A stretch of 64,000 nt of DNA, taken from assembly GCA_964276515.1 (NCBI GenBank), contig OZ193909.1, positions 10,416,001 to 10,480,000 of the forward strand, read 5' to 3'. The notes beneath the pieces were generated by a model, which did no database searches, was not told the origin of the DNA, and saw only the letters and a list, made by a program, of their open reading frames with translations. Position numbers and translations under genes: made by a program. This DNA is from Gordius albopunctatus. Lineage: Eukaryota. Shown here in pieces: positions 24,463-38,349 of this stretch. Position 1 is the first letter of the stretch. The number at the start of each line of letters is the position of its first letter.

Positions 24463-24631
24463 CATTAGCGAAGCCAGGATTTGAATTAGAGGGGAGCAAT
24501 AATGATTTAGGGAGGGGCAAAATAAACATTTTTTGAAATTTTAGCCCCATAATTTTAATAAATTTTAACAATTTTTATAGATTTAGAGGGGGCAGCCGCT
24601 CATTCCTGCCCCCCCCCTGGCTACGCCATTA
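24463..24631. mobile_element. hAT-like MITE (CAGTGGCGTAGCCAG-type ends)
   Basis: CATTAGCGAAGCCAGG...CCTGGCTACGCCATTA. Similar ends occur near 1076, 12375, 15650, 31111, 34929 and 38351. Confidence 0.6.
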
Positions 24632-25242
24632 GATACGTGGTATGCCTATTAGAATTTAAATTAGTGCGGAGGAAAAAAATATAATCTTTTTTGAATTGCT
24701 GTTATAATGAGTCGTGAGGTGTTGTGTTACTATGGCATGTGCATGCATGGTTGAGATTGGGGACACAATGGCTTGAATTATTTATAACGCAGACGCCATT
24801 ATGCATATAATCAGTGCAAAATGAAGGCGCATTTATTATTACGTAACGTACAGAATAAATTGCAGATGGGCATATATAAATTAAATGCATTTCATACGAG
24901 CTATTGCTAAAGGAACGGTTAGCTAAATATTTATTTGAAATTGCAAATCCACCTGGATAGTAATGCCGTAATAAATATAGAATTTTATAATAATGCCACA
25001 CAAACCTTTTAATAATTATATAAAATCCTATGTGTACAATGCATCTAGTGCCATTACTAACGGCAAATTTACTTTGATAATATATTTTGCTTTAATATTA
25101 TTCATTTTTAATAAATTTCATAACGACGATTTCAAAAATAGGTCAAATTTTAAATTTAAACCTTATATCAATCGACCGTTAAAAATAATAATATATATAT
25201 ATAAAGGGTTGGGGTCATGTACAAATAGAAATTTTATTTTGA

Positions 25243-26937
25243 ATGATGAATTTTTTCGAATCCACTTTACCCATTCATACTTCATCAATCTCTATATTAG
25301 ATAAGTTGGAGTTAAAAAATGATGGAATAAATGTTGTTCAAGTAACTAATGGGCTACCATTTAAACTATCCTCAGTTGCAACAATAAATACTTTACAACC
25401 CCCAAATTTTTATTGCCCTAAATTGTCATATTATACTTCACCTAAATTAGATTTAAATGTCTCAACTTTAAATTTCAATTTAGCCAACACTTCGACATCG
25501 CAAATCACCAATTTCTCAAACTGTATTCACCATAATTGGGTAAATTCGATTGACATGACTAATTTTAAACCAATATCCCATGATCTTGAAGAGCAAATTA
25601 TGTTATCTCCCGATTTTTTAAAGGACGATGGAATGTCGTCTAAAAATATATTTACATTCCTACCTCAAATTTGGGACAATTTAAATGGTATTGGCACATT
25701 CGATAATTTCGATTGCGGGGAACCTAATAGGCATCAAGATTTACAGTTTAATGCCCATACCGCTCATAGTGAGAATTTTTTCGTAAACCGTAATTCAAAT
25801 TTATTTTATACCAATTCAATTAAAAATTCAACTATAAACACAACGTCGCCCTATTATACGAATGGTAACTATCCCCTGTATTCTAGTCATAATTGCGAAC
25901 GTCTATATAATAATAATTCCTACAATACAAACACCAACATAATTAATAATTCATCGCTCAAAATAAATCATCAATCGATAAATAAAAGTCACACTGATAC
26001 ATTAATTAATAATCATATAAAAACAATAACCACTAAAGAAACTGGGACGATTGGGAAGAATGCATTAGAAAAAAATAATTTATTTTCACAAAATGCAATT
26101 CACAGGATTAAAGGCAATCGCTATTACCCTAAACCTCCTTATTCTTACAGTTGCCTAATAGCTATGGCGCTTAAAAATAGCAAAACAGGATGTTTACCTG
26201 TAAATGAAATATATGAATTTATGTGGTAAAATTATTTCCAAATTTATTTTTAAACTATATTTCAGCGAAAATTTTCCATATTTTAAAACAGCTCCTGATG
26301 GATGGAAAGTATTATTTATTTTCATTTTTCATTAAATGATAATTTAGAATTCAGTTAGACATAATTTGTCTTTGAATAAAAGTTTTGAAAAAATTGATTT
26401 GAAGCAAAATACAAGCAAAAAGGGTTGTTTGTGGACACTAAATTCCAAAAAAATTAATAAAATGAATGACGAAATTTTAAAATGGCGCAAAAAGGATTTT
26501 AATGGGATTAGAAAATCTATGTTTAAACCAGGTAAATTGATTTATACTAAAATTATATGTTGTTAGAAAATTTGAATCTTATAGAGCAAGGAAAATGGCG
26601 AACTCAAATTTGCAACGGACCTAAGGGATTAATGTCCGCCCCTTTACTAAATACAATTTTTAATGTTAATTCTATCACTCAACCATCAAAAAATTATTAT
26701 GAAAAGGATTATAATAACGGTTACAATTCTGCACGTTACGACTCTCATATCTATTCACCCTCACAGTCATTCAATACGTATAATTATGATAATGACAATG
26801 AACGACCGGCTCTTCCAGACAGCACTGTTAAAGAAACGAATCAAAATATGACCGAGGTGCTCCAAAATTCACATGATAATGGATACGTTAATTCTAGTGA
26901 ATTAAATTCAAATACATCACACCCTCATAATAATTAA
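25243..26937 (+). CDS. FoxN1/4: Forkhead box N1/4-type transcription factor (exons 25243-26225, 26266-26308, 26348-26531, 26567-26937; 526 aa)
   Basis: Spliced forkhead domain [63 protein letters not shown]...KGCLWTLN...KWRKKD...[13 protein letters not shown] introns keep the frame. Start codon is uncertain. Confidence 0.92.
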
Positions 26938-28084
26938 TATACATTCTAAAACTAAATAAGATTCACTCGCAATCAGTAAATAAAACACGTGGAAAAACAT
27001 TGTGTTATCGTGTAGAAATACCTGAAGGGATGTTCGTGAAAGCTAGGTTATAACATTTCTTGTAAATTTTAAACTTTCTCTAAGCAATGCAAAATTAGCT
27101 TAATCGATAAAATTAATATAAGGGATAAAGAGACGATTTCATATGTGATTTCAAAATGATAAGCTTCGACATTATATATTGTATAATGTATTTTGTAATC
27201 TAAACCTTTAGTGGTTCCTCTATAAAGCATAACCCATTTAGATTGGATTATATTTTAGATTTAAGACTTGTTACTCAAATACAAATTGGTTAATAAATTA
27301 AGCATTCATTCAAAAATAATTTTAAGTTTTATAAAAAAATTTACTAATATAAAAGTACTTTTAAGTTAACACAGCAATAAATTTTTTAATAATAGAATAT
27401 AAACTGGTTGGGGCCTAACATTGCCACCAAAAGGGCCTAGAAGCTCAGTCTGCGGGCGGGCTTTGAGACGTAAAAGCTCTAATAAGCCGATATGCAGACA
27501 TGAAAATATTAAAAAGAGCTCTGACGCTAAATTGTAAATGGTCCTATCATTTATTCATAACCAGCCACAACCGGACCTAATATCATTTAGATTTTATAAC
27601 TTATATAAAATCATTAATTGAATATATCCTGTTATTAATTGCTTTTTATAGATTATTTAATGTGGGAACATGGGTGTAAACTGTTCCCTTCTCCTAATAA
27701 TAAAATAGATTTAATATTTTATAATATTTATAATTTTGCTCCTTCCTAAATCATCACTTTCTGCCCTGCTCCCCCCCCCCTTCTCTGAAGTAAATGCTCA
27801 CTAAGCCCATGTATTTCTGTTAGTCTCAAATCCTGTCACACTCATGTCCGTATTTGATAATAAAATAGATATATCTTCCTATTACTTGAATTTCACGGGT
27901 CTAGCCAAGTGGAGAACAGGAAATTTCCCCGTGGCTCTTTAGCAAAATTTTTTATATAAAGTATTTATGGTTGCATTAGAAAAAGAGTTTTTCTTTTTGA
28001 ATTCACTCAAAAAAAACTTGGTTGAGCAACTTCCTCACAAGATTAACTGGCTCTCCCACACCTAAGTAGCAATTTTATAAATCA

Positions 28085-28630
28085 CTAGCTGACCCGGCAA
28101 ACGTTGTTTTACTAGATACATTATTTCTAGAAAATACTATAAGTGTGTGGAGATGTGGTTATGATTGAAATAGAAAAGGAGCGCTGAGACAATGATGGTC
28201 TAAAATGACAATACACTAATCATTTACTTAGTTCATCCTTTATATTTTATTAAATTAACAAAAATGTTTTAAATTACATTTTTTGATAGCTATATATATA
28301 CATTTATGGCATTTAAAAAATAATTCAACATCATTCCCTAAGTGCGATGGAGTGTAAACTATTTTTTGTTATTCCGTCTTTAGCCAAACAAATACAATAA
28401 TGGTTTACCCACGCGAGAACATGCCACGTTTAGGTGTCCGTGGTAAAGGCTTGGTGTGCCCAAATCTAAGCCACAAATAGACATCGTTGTAAAAGTTTTA
28501 TAACTTAGATAAAGGGGTAATTCTATTTTGCAATCTAAATACCTGATTTTCCTTCCATATCTTAATAGACTTTTCAGCAATACATCCTTACTAAGCAAAC
28601 ATTTGGATAACAAAGATTGTGACATTCAAT
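28085..28630 (-). mobile_element. Helitron 3' fragment with Pif1 helicase C-terminal relic
   Basis: ICGLDLGTPSLYHGHLNVACSRVGKP resembles the FSHGQLYVACSRV motif; minus-strand end AACGTTTGCCGGGTCAGCTAG|T at 28085. Confidence 0.8.
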
Positions 28631-31600
28631 AGGTTATTCGACTACAGATACATTGCAACTTAGATAAAATTTATAAGAAACAGTGTTGACGAACAAAATT
28701 TTTATTATCCAAAAGTTATTTCTATGATTTCGATTTTAATCTGAACCTAGATTTGTCAAGGGACAAAATTTTTTCACCGATATTTTAACTTAATCCATTG
28801 AGGTTTATTTAAATTAACAATTTTTATCACATTGATCGAATCCTTCATTATCTAAGTTAACGGCGGTTTTCGATAAAAATCAATTTCTAACTAACTTGAA
28901 ATCTTGCCAATTATTGCGCTAGAATAGAAAAGCAGGAAATTGTTTTCGGCTCAATTTAAATAAAGTGAATTTAATGGAACAAACATCAACTAAAATATTA
29001 TTTCCTATGGTTTATGACTTTTTCTCAAATTTCCCAATCCTGTCGTCTCAAGAATGCTCTCGACACCCTAACATCTTACAATATGTTATTAAAGACACTG
29101 CCTAATATAAATACATCTTTTTGTCTCCCCATAACCACAAAGGTACCACTGAAATATTAAATAGTATGCCCAACAAAAAAATGGATTGTATTATTAATAA
29201 TTCATCGGAAATTTTCTGCCGAGCAAAAGAAAAATTAACTTTGTTTTTAAAAATCTATTTTATAACGTTTTATATTTAATACACAGAATTCATATATTTT
29301 TAGAAGTCAGATTTGTTCAAAAAATTTGCCCGAACTTATCCCGATTTTATAAATAAGCCCCTTGGGTCGGCTTAGACCCTTCCAAGAGTCCTCCTGACCA
29401 TGTCCTTAACTGCCCGGATTTTTAAAATTTTTAGCAGTAATTTCGTTATATTTTAAAAAAATTATACATTTAACTTTTAATTTTGTAAGATAAGAAACAC
29501 GATTAATAAATATTATACCACCAAATAAAAGGTGACAAAATTATACAGAATAATAATATAATACACTATATAAAAATCTTATTAGGCCCGAATTGCTCGG
29601 ATCTTGTTACGATTCCAGCCAGAAAATCTAATCATACCCCAATGGCTCGCCCTGGCCGGTTAGGGACTTTTCTCATCTCTTATCTTTGTTATAGTGCAAA
29701 TAGAAATTAAATTTTTTTGTTGAAATTTCCTACCCCTCCCACCCCCCTCCTTTAAAAAATACTGGATACGCGCCTGCACAACACATAATTAAAACAAAAG
29801 TAGCTTTATATATAATTTACAGAATTCTTACTATGTTTTATTATATTATAACTTAAATTAACTACCTGTTTACTTGAGATATATGTATTTATCCTATTAA
29901 ATAATTATTTGTATTATTTTAGAATTTAATTTTTATAAAATTAAATGGAACGATTCCCCTTTTAAAATATAGGCTAATTCTTTTATTCATATTCAAAATT
30001 AAAATGTTTAACAATTAAATTTCAATTTTTGGTGGCTTAATTTAACGGGAGAGTCAAAGGAAAGGACCATGGTAGGGAAGGAGAATGCTGTTCTGACCTT
30101 CTACTAATGTACATTCCAAAACTAGAAATAGGTTGCTTTTGGAATTATAGTAGGGATCATAGGCGTATCCAACAGAAATATGGAATATGGAAGGGCAAAA
30201 TGATCATTTTTAATATTCTAGCCATACTTTTAATAAATTTCAACCCCTCCCTGTCCCCTCTCCCTCCTTGGATAAGGATCATGTCATTTTGCCTTTAATG
30301 ATGTCTATGGTTAAAATACTTTCAAATCAACGTTTTTTTATCGTTTAACCTTATAAATTTATGTTAAAAAATGATTTTACGCTATTAAATTACTTATTTG
30401 CTTAAAAAAATTGCTGGTAAAAAATCTATTTACCCGCCCCTCCCATCCTTATTAAAACAGCTAGCCACGCGTCTAGGTAGTTGGTTGAATGAACTTCAAT
30501 ACATTAACTTACCATGCATTCAACCTATTGACAGAGAACGATATAATTGTCATAAAAAAATAAGTGTCTGCTATTAGACAGGTGAAATTATAATTGTAGA
30601 ATAGCATAAAGAAAAAGAATGGCAAGGCCATACACAGCAAAGGTTTTATATTTTCCTAAACGTGTCTTTCAAAAATTTGGTTACTTTTATTAATTCTGAT
30701 TTTGAGAGGGGGTATTAGGAATTAAAAAAAATAAATTCTGATCGTTAAGAATTTATATTTTTACTACATTTATTGATAGAAGGGATCACCTTTGTAATAT
30801 TTTCCAAACAATCACGAAAATCATTTAGAGGGGGGCAAAACATAAATTTTTTTAATTTTTAATGTTTTTGCATTGAAAAAAATTCTCCTATATTAAAATG
30901 AAAAAATTTGCTACTTAAGTTATGCTTTTAAAACATGAAAATCTAAATAAAAGCAATTAACTTGAAATCTGAATCTTTCAAAGAAGTCAAGGTAAATATC
31001 CCCTAAACATTAAGTTTGGTGTAAAAAGTACGCCGAGCAGTCTCAAAGTCTTGACAGGATACTAATTTGGGCCGGTGTTTATTAAATTTAGTAATTAAAT
31101 AAAATATCACCAGTGGCGTAGGGAAGTGAGGGGGGGGGGGTTTCGGGTTAGAACCTCCCCCCTTCCTCCTATGGACAAAAAATTGATATTTTTACAGAAT
31201 TATATGGAAAAACTCGATAATATTAATACGACTCTTGTTAGTAGTGCGCTAATAGAAATAATTTATTCCTTTAATTAATTTAATTTTAAATGAAATCTAC
31301 CAATTCTAAGACTATTTATATAAAAATTTACCTAGTGGGTGTTTTGCAATGAAAACATATTTTAATTGCTATGCAATTTATGGGTAATTATTAATTATTT
31401 CTTTAACAAACTATCTCCGCTTCTAAAATATAAGAAGTTTGCTAATTCAAGTCAGAGTTCAGTAAATTTCATTTTTCTACGCGTTTAATATGCTTAATAA
31501 AACTTACTTTAGATTCCTTTTTTTAAAAATTTTGAGTGTTAATACTAGAGATAGAGACAAATATATTAATAAAATACAAATAATTAACAGCACGCTTCGT

Positions 31601-31703
31601 TCATGCCTGTTTTATTTTTAAACTAAATTAAAAACATCTTTTCTTTAGAAACTGAGTGTGCTAATTCTACAGTAGAGATTGATGATTATATTGAACTAAT
31701 AAT

Positions 31704-32123
31704 CAGAGGTCAGATTTGTTAGAATTTTTCTGCCCGAACCCGGCCCGGCCCGATTTTATAATTAATCTTCCCGCCCGAACCCTTCTATGTGTCCACCTGC
31801 AATGCCCGAATTATCCCAGCTGCCCTGCCCAAAATGGTGTGTTTTTAAATTTTTCGCACTAAAACCATTATATTTTTTAAAAATTTTATCTTAATTTTTG
31901 ATTTTTTTTAAATTAGAACTAGGATTAACAAAAATTATGAAATCAATTAAAAAAGTGGCAAAATATACACAAAAATAATATAATACATTATTTTAAAAAG
32001 AAAATTGAGACCGAATTGCCCGAATCTTGTCATGGTGCCCGTCCGGGCCCGCCCAAAAGTTAAAATTTACGACAATTTCCCGGCCCGGCCCGTGGGCCGA
32101 GCGGGCAGGTTCGCTGGTCTCTG
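31704..32123. mobile_element. hAT-like MITE with GGCCCG subterminal repeats
   Basis: CAGAG...CTCTG ends; 8-bp TSD CTAATAAT/CTAAGAAT. Related degraded copies near 29301-29660 and 51948-52110. Confidence 0.75.
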
Positions 32124-32909
32124 CTAAGAATATATAATCCTCATGGTTTAATAAATTAATTTTAAAGTCTACTTTTAGAGGATCATGTATGACATAGCTA
32201 ACTTTATTAAAGAAAATGTGGTTGGCATCGGCAAAGCTAAATTATAAAATACCTCTGCCTGCAAATAACCTATAATGGTTCCGGACATAAATGGGCTTTT
32301 TTAAAAAATATTACATGCCGGGATTGGACGGACTTTAAGGTAACCAAAGAATCGGCGGCAAAATTGTTTGGATAATGTTTTTCAAAAATCTTCTAATTAA
32401 TGTTTTTATTTTTGTATTTTAGCGTATAAGAAATTGTGTATTTTTATGGTGCATTTATTGTAATTTAATTTTACAATCATGACTCGTGATTTATAAATAT
32501 GTGGATCCCTAAAGTTTTTATATTTTTATAAATCAATAAAACTAGGTAATATTTGTTAAATAAAATTAACCTTGCATAGTGGTTCCAATTATATTTGACA
32601 ATAAATGGTATTTAGTAAAAATTAATTGGCGGGTCGCTTATTTGAAAAATAAAAACCAGTTTTAGGCTGATAATTTTTTAACATGATTGTTATTGAACCT
32701 TTTTAACGCAATATAAATGATTGTTTTAATTTAATACTGACAAAAAATTGGCATTTAAAAAGCAGCAAAATAAAAGTTTTTAGGCTGGGACAGTGCTTTG
32801 CAAAAATTAGCGCTTGGCTCGCGCCTTTAATTTAATCAGCGTGCGGACAAGAATTTTTAAATTTTCAATTAGGATAAAAGGCCAGTGCATATTTCTAGTC
32901 AAAACTAGC

Positions 32910-33120
32910 CTAGTAAAAACGGCTAGTTTTTATTCAATTGACCTTTGGTTATAGTCGACTAAACTTAAACAGACTAAAAGTTTGACCGAAAAAACGTTGG
33001 TCTGTTTATGCGACTAAGAAAAAGAGAGCAAAACCCCTTTAGTCTGTTCTTTAGTCTGTTTATGTTTAGTCGACTAAAACCAAAGGTCCACCAAAAAAAC
33101 CCAGCCGTTTTACAACACTA
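32910..33120. mobile_element. Palindromic hAT-like MITE, same family as 48665-48808
   Basis: Long inverted arms (GACCTTTGGTTATAGTCGACTAAAC / GTTTAGTCGACTAAAACCAAAGGTC); ends ACAACACTA. Confidence 0.7.
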
Positions 33121-34069
33121 GTTGAAACAATGTCCCTAGTTAGGATATTCAGAAAAATTGAAAGGAGCGCATAGCAAATTGATTATTCTTTTGATGAAAG
33201 ACCATAAGCGGAATATTTCATTGTTAATGCCTTAGTACAATCATAATACCGAAGAATTGAATGTATATAATTTTAATCAATTTTTGTTTAAACTATTATT
33301 GGTAATCCTGCCTAAGCCCCTGTCTTCATTTGATTTACACAATAAAATTAAATTTTCTTGAAATGTTTAATAAGATTTCAGTGACCAAATGTCTTATATC
33401 TCCTATTTCTCTCATGCACTATGATAATTGTATTTATCTTAATTTTAAAAGGCACAATTGGTGGAAAGCTTAGGCTTAAATGCTTTTTGTCTAAAATTTA
33501 ATTAAAGAATAAAATGGGCGTATATTTTTGTCTTTTGAATGCAAAGTTATTGATGAGCGGTTGAGAGCTGTTGAACTGGTTGCAAATAATTCCTCGGGAT
33601 TTAAATTGATAATTATAATGGCTAATATTAGTCATAAAATCACATGAAGTCGCTTTTTTTCTTTACATATGCTTATGTTTTCAAATTAGTTTGAGAGCAT
33701 TATTACCCTAATGGGAATAATATAAGCATGCATAATAACTTTTATCAAAAAGTGTCGTTGCGTTGTGGATATAAGGTTGCTGGCGTAAACAAACGGCCAC
33801 GTAAAAAAATGTCGTTTAAACGTAAACCTTTCATCTGTCTATTGATTCACAAACCCCCTGTAGGTAACTTAGGAGTAGTTCCAATCGGAAACCCGTAACG
33901 GGCCATTTAGAAGGTCGGCCCGTACCTACCAAAAAAACTGCCAGGCCCGTCCGAGTCCGCCGGTAATTTTTTTACGCATTTCAGGCCCGTGTGTACCCGC
34001 CCACAAGCCGGGCCTGTCCGTACATATCTTTAGTTCCAATGACAGATTTTTACGAATGCGCCCTTCCCC

Positions 34070-34610
34070 TAGTGATGGGGAAATAGCCTTTTTTTAAGGA
34101 GCTAAAGCTATAGCACATAGCAACCATATGCCGCTATGTCTACTAGTATACAGTCGCTTTAAGTGCTATAAGCTATAGGAGATGGGAGGTTTGAGGCGCT
34201 AAAGCTATAGCCGATAGCACTAAATGCGTTAGAGCTATAGTACGGCGCTAAGATTGAGAATAATTTTTTTAATTGTTTATTAGATATTAAAATACAATAA
34301 CATGAGTGAGTACGCACAAGTTCATATTATACTCTATTGTTTTCATTGAAATATTATTATCAATGTTAGCGCCGTGCTATAGCTCTATCGCATTTAAGTG
34401 CTATCGGCTATAGCTTTAGCGCCTCAAACCTCCCACGTCCTATAGCTCATAGCACCTCAAACCTCCCATAGCTTTAGCACCTCAAACCTCCCATCTCCTA
34501 TAGCTTATAGCACTTAAAGTGACTATGTGCTAGTAGACATAGCGTATTTAATAGCCTAGTCCCATCAGCGGGGAGGTGTTAAGCGCGCTAGTGCTAAGCG
34601 TTTTCCCCAC
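34070..34610. mobile_element. Foldback MITE with long inverted arms rich in GCTATAGC
   Basis: 34133-34257 is the reverse complement of 34359-34543, which carries internal duplications of CCTCAAACCTCCCA; ends TAGTGATGGGGAAA / TTTTCCCCACC. Confidence 0.75.
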
Positions 34611-35210
34611 CTTCTTTGAGTGATGAAATGCCTAAAATTCCATTTCCCCCTAATCATTTAATCAACCCAACCTTACCAATTGTTAACAACATATAGAGTT
34701 ATTAATGTTTCTAATGAAACTAATGTCAGTTAACATTTCTTTGCTTCAAAAATTCCTACTCATTAAAAGGAAGCAAATAGATGTTCTATTCCTATAAAAA
34801 CTCGTTTCAAAAATTTATTTGCTTAAATAAAAACGTTTATTATATATGTTAAACTGTGATAATTATAATTCACCATTGTATTTTTTAAAATACACGTTAT
34901 TTTATCTCAGAATAGTCATTTTAAAAGCAGTGGCGTAGCTAGCTTTTTGGCCGTCGGAATAGAAGGGGGGGGGGAAACTTTATTTTTACTCAAGTAAAGA
35001 GGGAATAAACGGCACCCGACATCATTTTACTTTAGTTGTTTTCGAGCTTCATGGTTAAGCGCCCCTTTGGTTAATTTTTCCTTCACACCTGTATTTCCCT
35101 AAGTGCATATCAATGTTATGTTTACAAATCATTTTATGTATTCTCTCTACCGTTAACCTTTAACTTATCTTGTGCAAGCCAAAAGCATATAACTCTATGA
35201 AAAAGAAAAC

Positions 35211-35585
35211 TTTTAATTGCTATGCAATTTATGGGCTCGCTTTCCGTTGTCAGTCCGTCCCTTGTCCACCCGTTTGTTATCCGTCCGTTGTCCAACTTGT
35301 ATCTATTTATGTGGGTTCGAATCTCGGCGAGGGCAAATTTTTTTTAAATTAATTAATTATTTGTTTAACATTAATAATTACCCTTTGCTCCCTACAAATA
35401 TGCCTTTAATGATGTGGGTTCGAATCTCGGCGAGGGCAAATTTTTGTTTAATTAATAATTAATATATTGTTCTCGTTAATACCATTAATAATATGGCTTT
35501 TTAACCGTCTGCTGTGCTATATTTGGTTAACATTGATAATTATCCTGTGCTACCTGCCCCTACAAGGGCCTATGCCTATACTGAT
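35211..35585 (+). mobile_element. HINE/DINE-1-like 5' fragment, related to 20846-21960
   Basis: TTTTAATTGCTATGCAATTTATGGGCTCGCTTTCC, then a GTCC-type microsatellite and two GGGTTCGAATCTCGGCGAGGGC motifs. Confidence 0.7.
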
Positions 35586-35619
35586 CGGGCCGGGCTTCGG
35601 GCGGCCCGTGCAGGGCTCT

Positions 35620-36110
35620 AGTAATGCCGGGGTTGAAAGCGAAATTAAGGCAAGAATAAACGCAGTAAAATTCATGAAGTTGAGTGGTGTACTATGTGAC
35701 AAACACATACAACTCAAATTAAAAGGACGATTATATAGCACCGTTATTATACACACGGTTTTGAATGGAACGAAAACATGGGCAGTTAAGGCAAAAGAAT
35801 AGCAAAGCTTGGCAACAATGGAGATGTGAATGTTAAGATGTATCTTGGGAATAAGCAAAAAGGACCATATAAGGAATCAAGACATAAGGGATAAACTAAA
35901 TGCAGTTCCGATTAAGAGAAAGTTTGCTGTAAGAAGATTGAGATGGTATCACCATTTAGAGATACGGGTGGAAAGTCACCTAGCAAAACATATAAAGAAT
36001 GTGCAAGTCAAAGGTAAGCGAAAAAGAGGGAGGCCTAATCTGACATGACACAGAGTGAGCATTGCTCACGAGAGCAATTTAACAACTCTACGTGTGACAA
36101 ATAGCTATAG
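35620..36110 (+). mobile_element. RTE LINE 3' fragment
   Basis: LSGVLCDKHIQLKLKGRLY, MLRCILGISKKDHIRNQDIR, RRLRWY and GKRKRGRP motifs. Confidence 0.85.
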
Positions 36111-36269
36111 GGGAAAAATCTGAAATATGTATTAAATATTTGCATATCCATTAATTTTTTACAGTTTTTTAAATGTTTGTTTATGTAGGACGATTGTAAT
36201 TAATTTCCTCTATAGGATAAGTAATTTTTATTTGTTTATTTATTTTTATGAATAAATTGGGCTTTAATT

Positions 36270-38100
36270 TTTATTTTTTTATTTATTTATATGTTGTTTA
36301 TTTGAACGTAAGAACATTATAAAAACGAAGTGTCAACATTCGAAAAATATAAAAGCGGATATAAAACAAAATAAAAATATTATGATTCAAAAATGTCGCA
36401 TGTCTCATCTTGTAAAAGTGGCCAACTGTCGGCCAGGGATTTAAAATTGTACTTTGCTATAAAAATACCAATTTTTTGTTTAAGTAAAAAATTTGTGGAA
36501 TATTTAGAGGCGGGCAGCGACGGCTGATTTCTTTAAAAAGCTTAATGGCGGCCGGACCAAAAGTCCCAGAACACGAGGCAACGATAGGGTTAAAGATATT
36601 AGATGGTAAGCAGGCCTTGTATTTTACCGTTTTGCGGTGTTCGGCGAGGATCAGAACGTTGTAGTTTTGGTTAGAGGGGGCGAAAATGTCTATGCAGGTG
36701 AAATCCCATTTAAAGAGTAGACCATTTTGCCAAGGGATAAGGGTAGAGCCGTCTGGTGGCATCCTTCCCTCCAACGAAGGGTCTGACGGCTCTAAAACGG
36801 AGGGAATGTTGGCTTTTTTAAAAGCGGCTTGGATAAGGCTATTCACCTTTTCGTGCCTTGTGTATTTAATTTTATTGTAAAGGCAGTGTAGGGGGTGCCT
36901 TGCATAAATGTCTACGTTCTGGGAGCAGTTGCGACAGGAATATTCCTTTGAATAGGGAATTCCTAGTCTTAGGGCGATGGAGCATGCAAGCTCTGGGTCC
37001 TTTAACATCAGTCCAGAAAGTGAACTAGGATAAGCTTCTAGCCACTCGTGACCCGACCCGTCAAAAACCAAAGATTTAAGGTTGAAGTGCTGGCGGGCGT
37101 GGCAACTCGATAAAAGGTAATCAACGGAGCGCGATACGAGGCCAGCATCCCAATCCTTTTGTCTTGAGGTTATGGGGAAGGGAAAATGCGTGGTGTTTGG
37201 GGAGGGTATTAAGAATATCCATCTTCGAGGAAAGGGTTGATAGGTGACTATGTAAAAACTCTCTTAAGGCGATTTGTCCACCTATTGGGGAGCCTAGATG
37301 AGTAAAACTCATCAATTCAACTTTTAAAAAAGGCTTAAAAATGGGAAATATATCTGTATCCGGGCACTGATATATCTCACATTTAGAGATATTCAATCTC
37401 AAGTTTAGGGAGGTTTAATAATCTTGGATTAAAAGAATGGCCTTAGAGATTTCTTCCGGAGGGCCGTATAAGGTTGCATCGTCTAGGTACCAGACGTTTA
37501 ATGATTAAGCGCATAGGTTTGAGAGAGATTCGGTTAAATTTTTGATTCCTAGACAAAACAAAGGTGGACCTAGAGAGTTTCCCTGTTGAATACCTTCTGC
37601 CGATTCAATTGAAAGGTCCCCAAACTTTAGTTTTGATATGCAACTTTATCATCGCAAATAACTAAATACGTAATAATTTATACGAATAATTATGTACAAC
37701 AATAAAAGGGGGATATACAATTAAAAGATTAGCGAAGGGAAAAAGTATAATATTCAGGAAATCCACAATAATTGGGGAAGATGTAGGGTCGGGGACAATC
37801 ACAAATGGTTTGAGGAAAAGGTACAAAGAGTCGGGAAAATTTACAAGGAGTAGGGAAAATTTATAAAGATTGAAATATTGATGTGAGATTTCTCCGTTTC
37901 CACTCCCACCCCCTTCTTGTGATTTGGCTAGATATGCAAGCGTCAAATATCCCCTGGCCTGTGTGGTGTGCTTGATTTAACGACCATTGTACTGGAAATC
38001 TTCAGACGGAGCTGCGCGATGAATAGCAGATGTTGCTAAGTTAAAAATAAAAAGTAATTAAAAAAAGAGCGTCAAAGAAACTTATCCACTTCCGCGTCTA
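36270..38100 (-). mobile_element. Decayed CRE-like non-LTR retrotransposon (RT plus restriction-like endonuclease)
   Basis: GIQQGNSLGPPLFCL and VWYLDDATL at ~37475-37600, LNISKCE, then CxxC...HPLHC, RHEKVN, PDG, WDFT and KTVKY. Element ends are approximate. Confidence 0.8.
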
Positions 38101-38349
38101 GGTTAGCCTGCGGTAAAAGTGCCTTTCATTAACCAATTCCTTTTTTTAATTACAAGGATTGCAGAACCATTCTTTAACCACTTTAAGTTACAATTAATAA
38201 AAAAGATCTAAGTAAGATCAAAATATACCGCGAACATTAAAACGTGGTATACACATATACCACAAGATCAAAATTTTGTTTTAGTCGATTAAACATAAAC
38301 AGACTTAGTCAAATAAACAGGCCAAATGTTTGTTCAACTTTCGCCATCC

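Noticed and set aside
24702..25304. ORFs upstream of or overlapping the FoxN start
   Set aside because: AT-rich with no recognisable homology; likely chance ORFs, although an upstream FoxN exon cannot be excluded.
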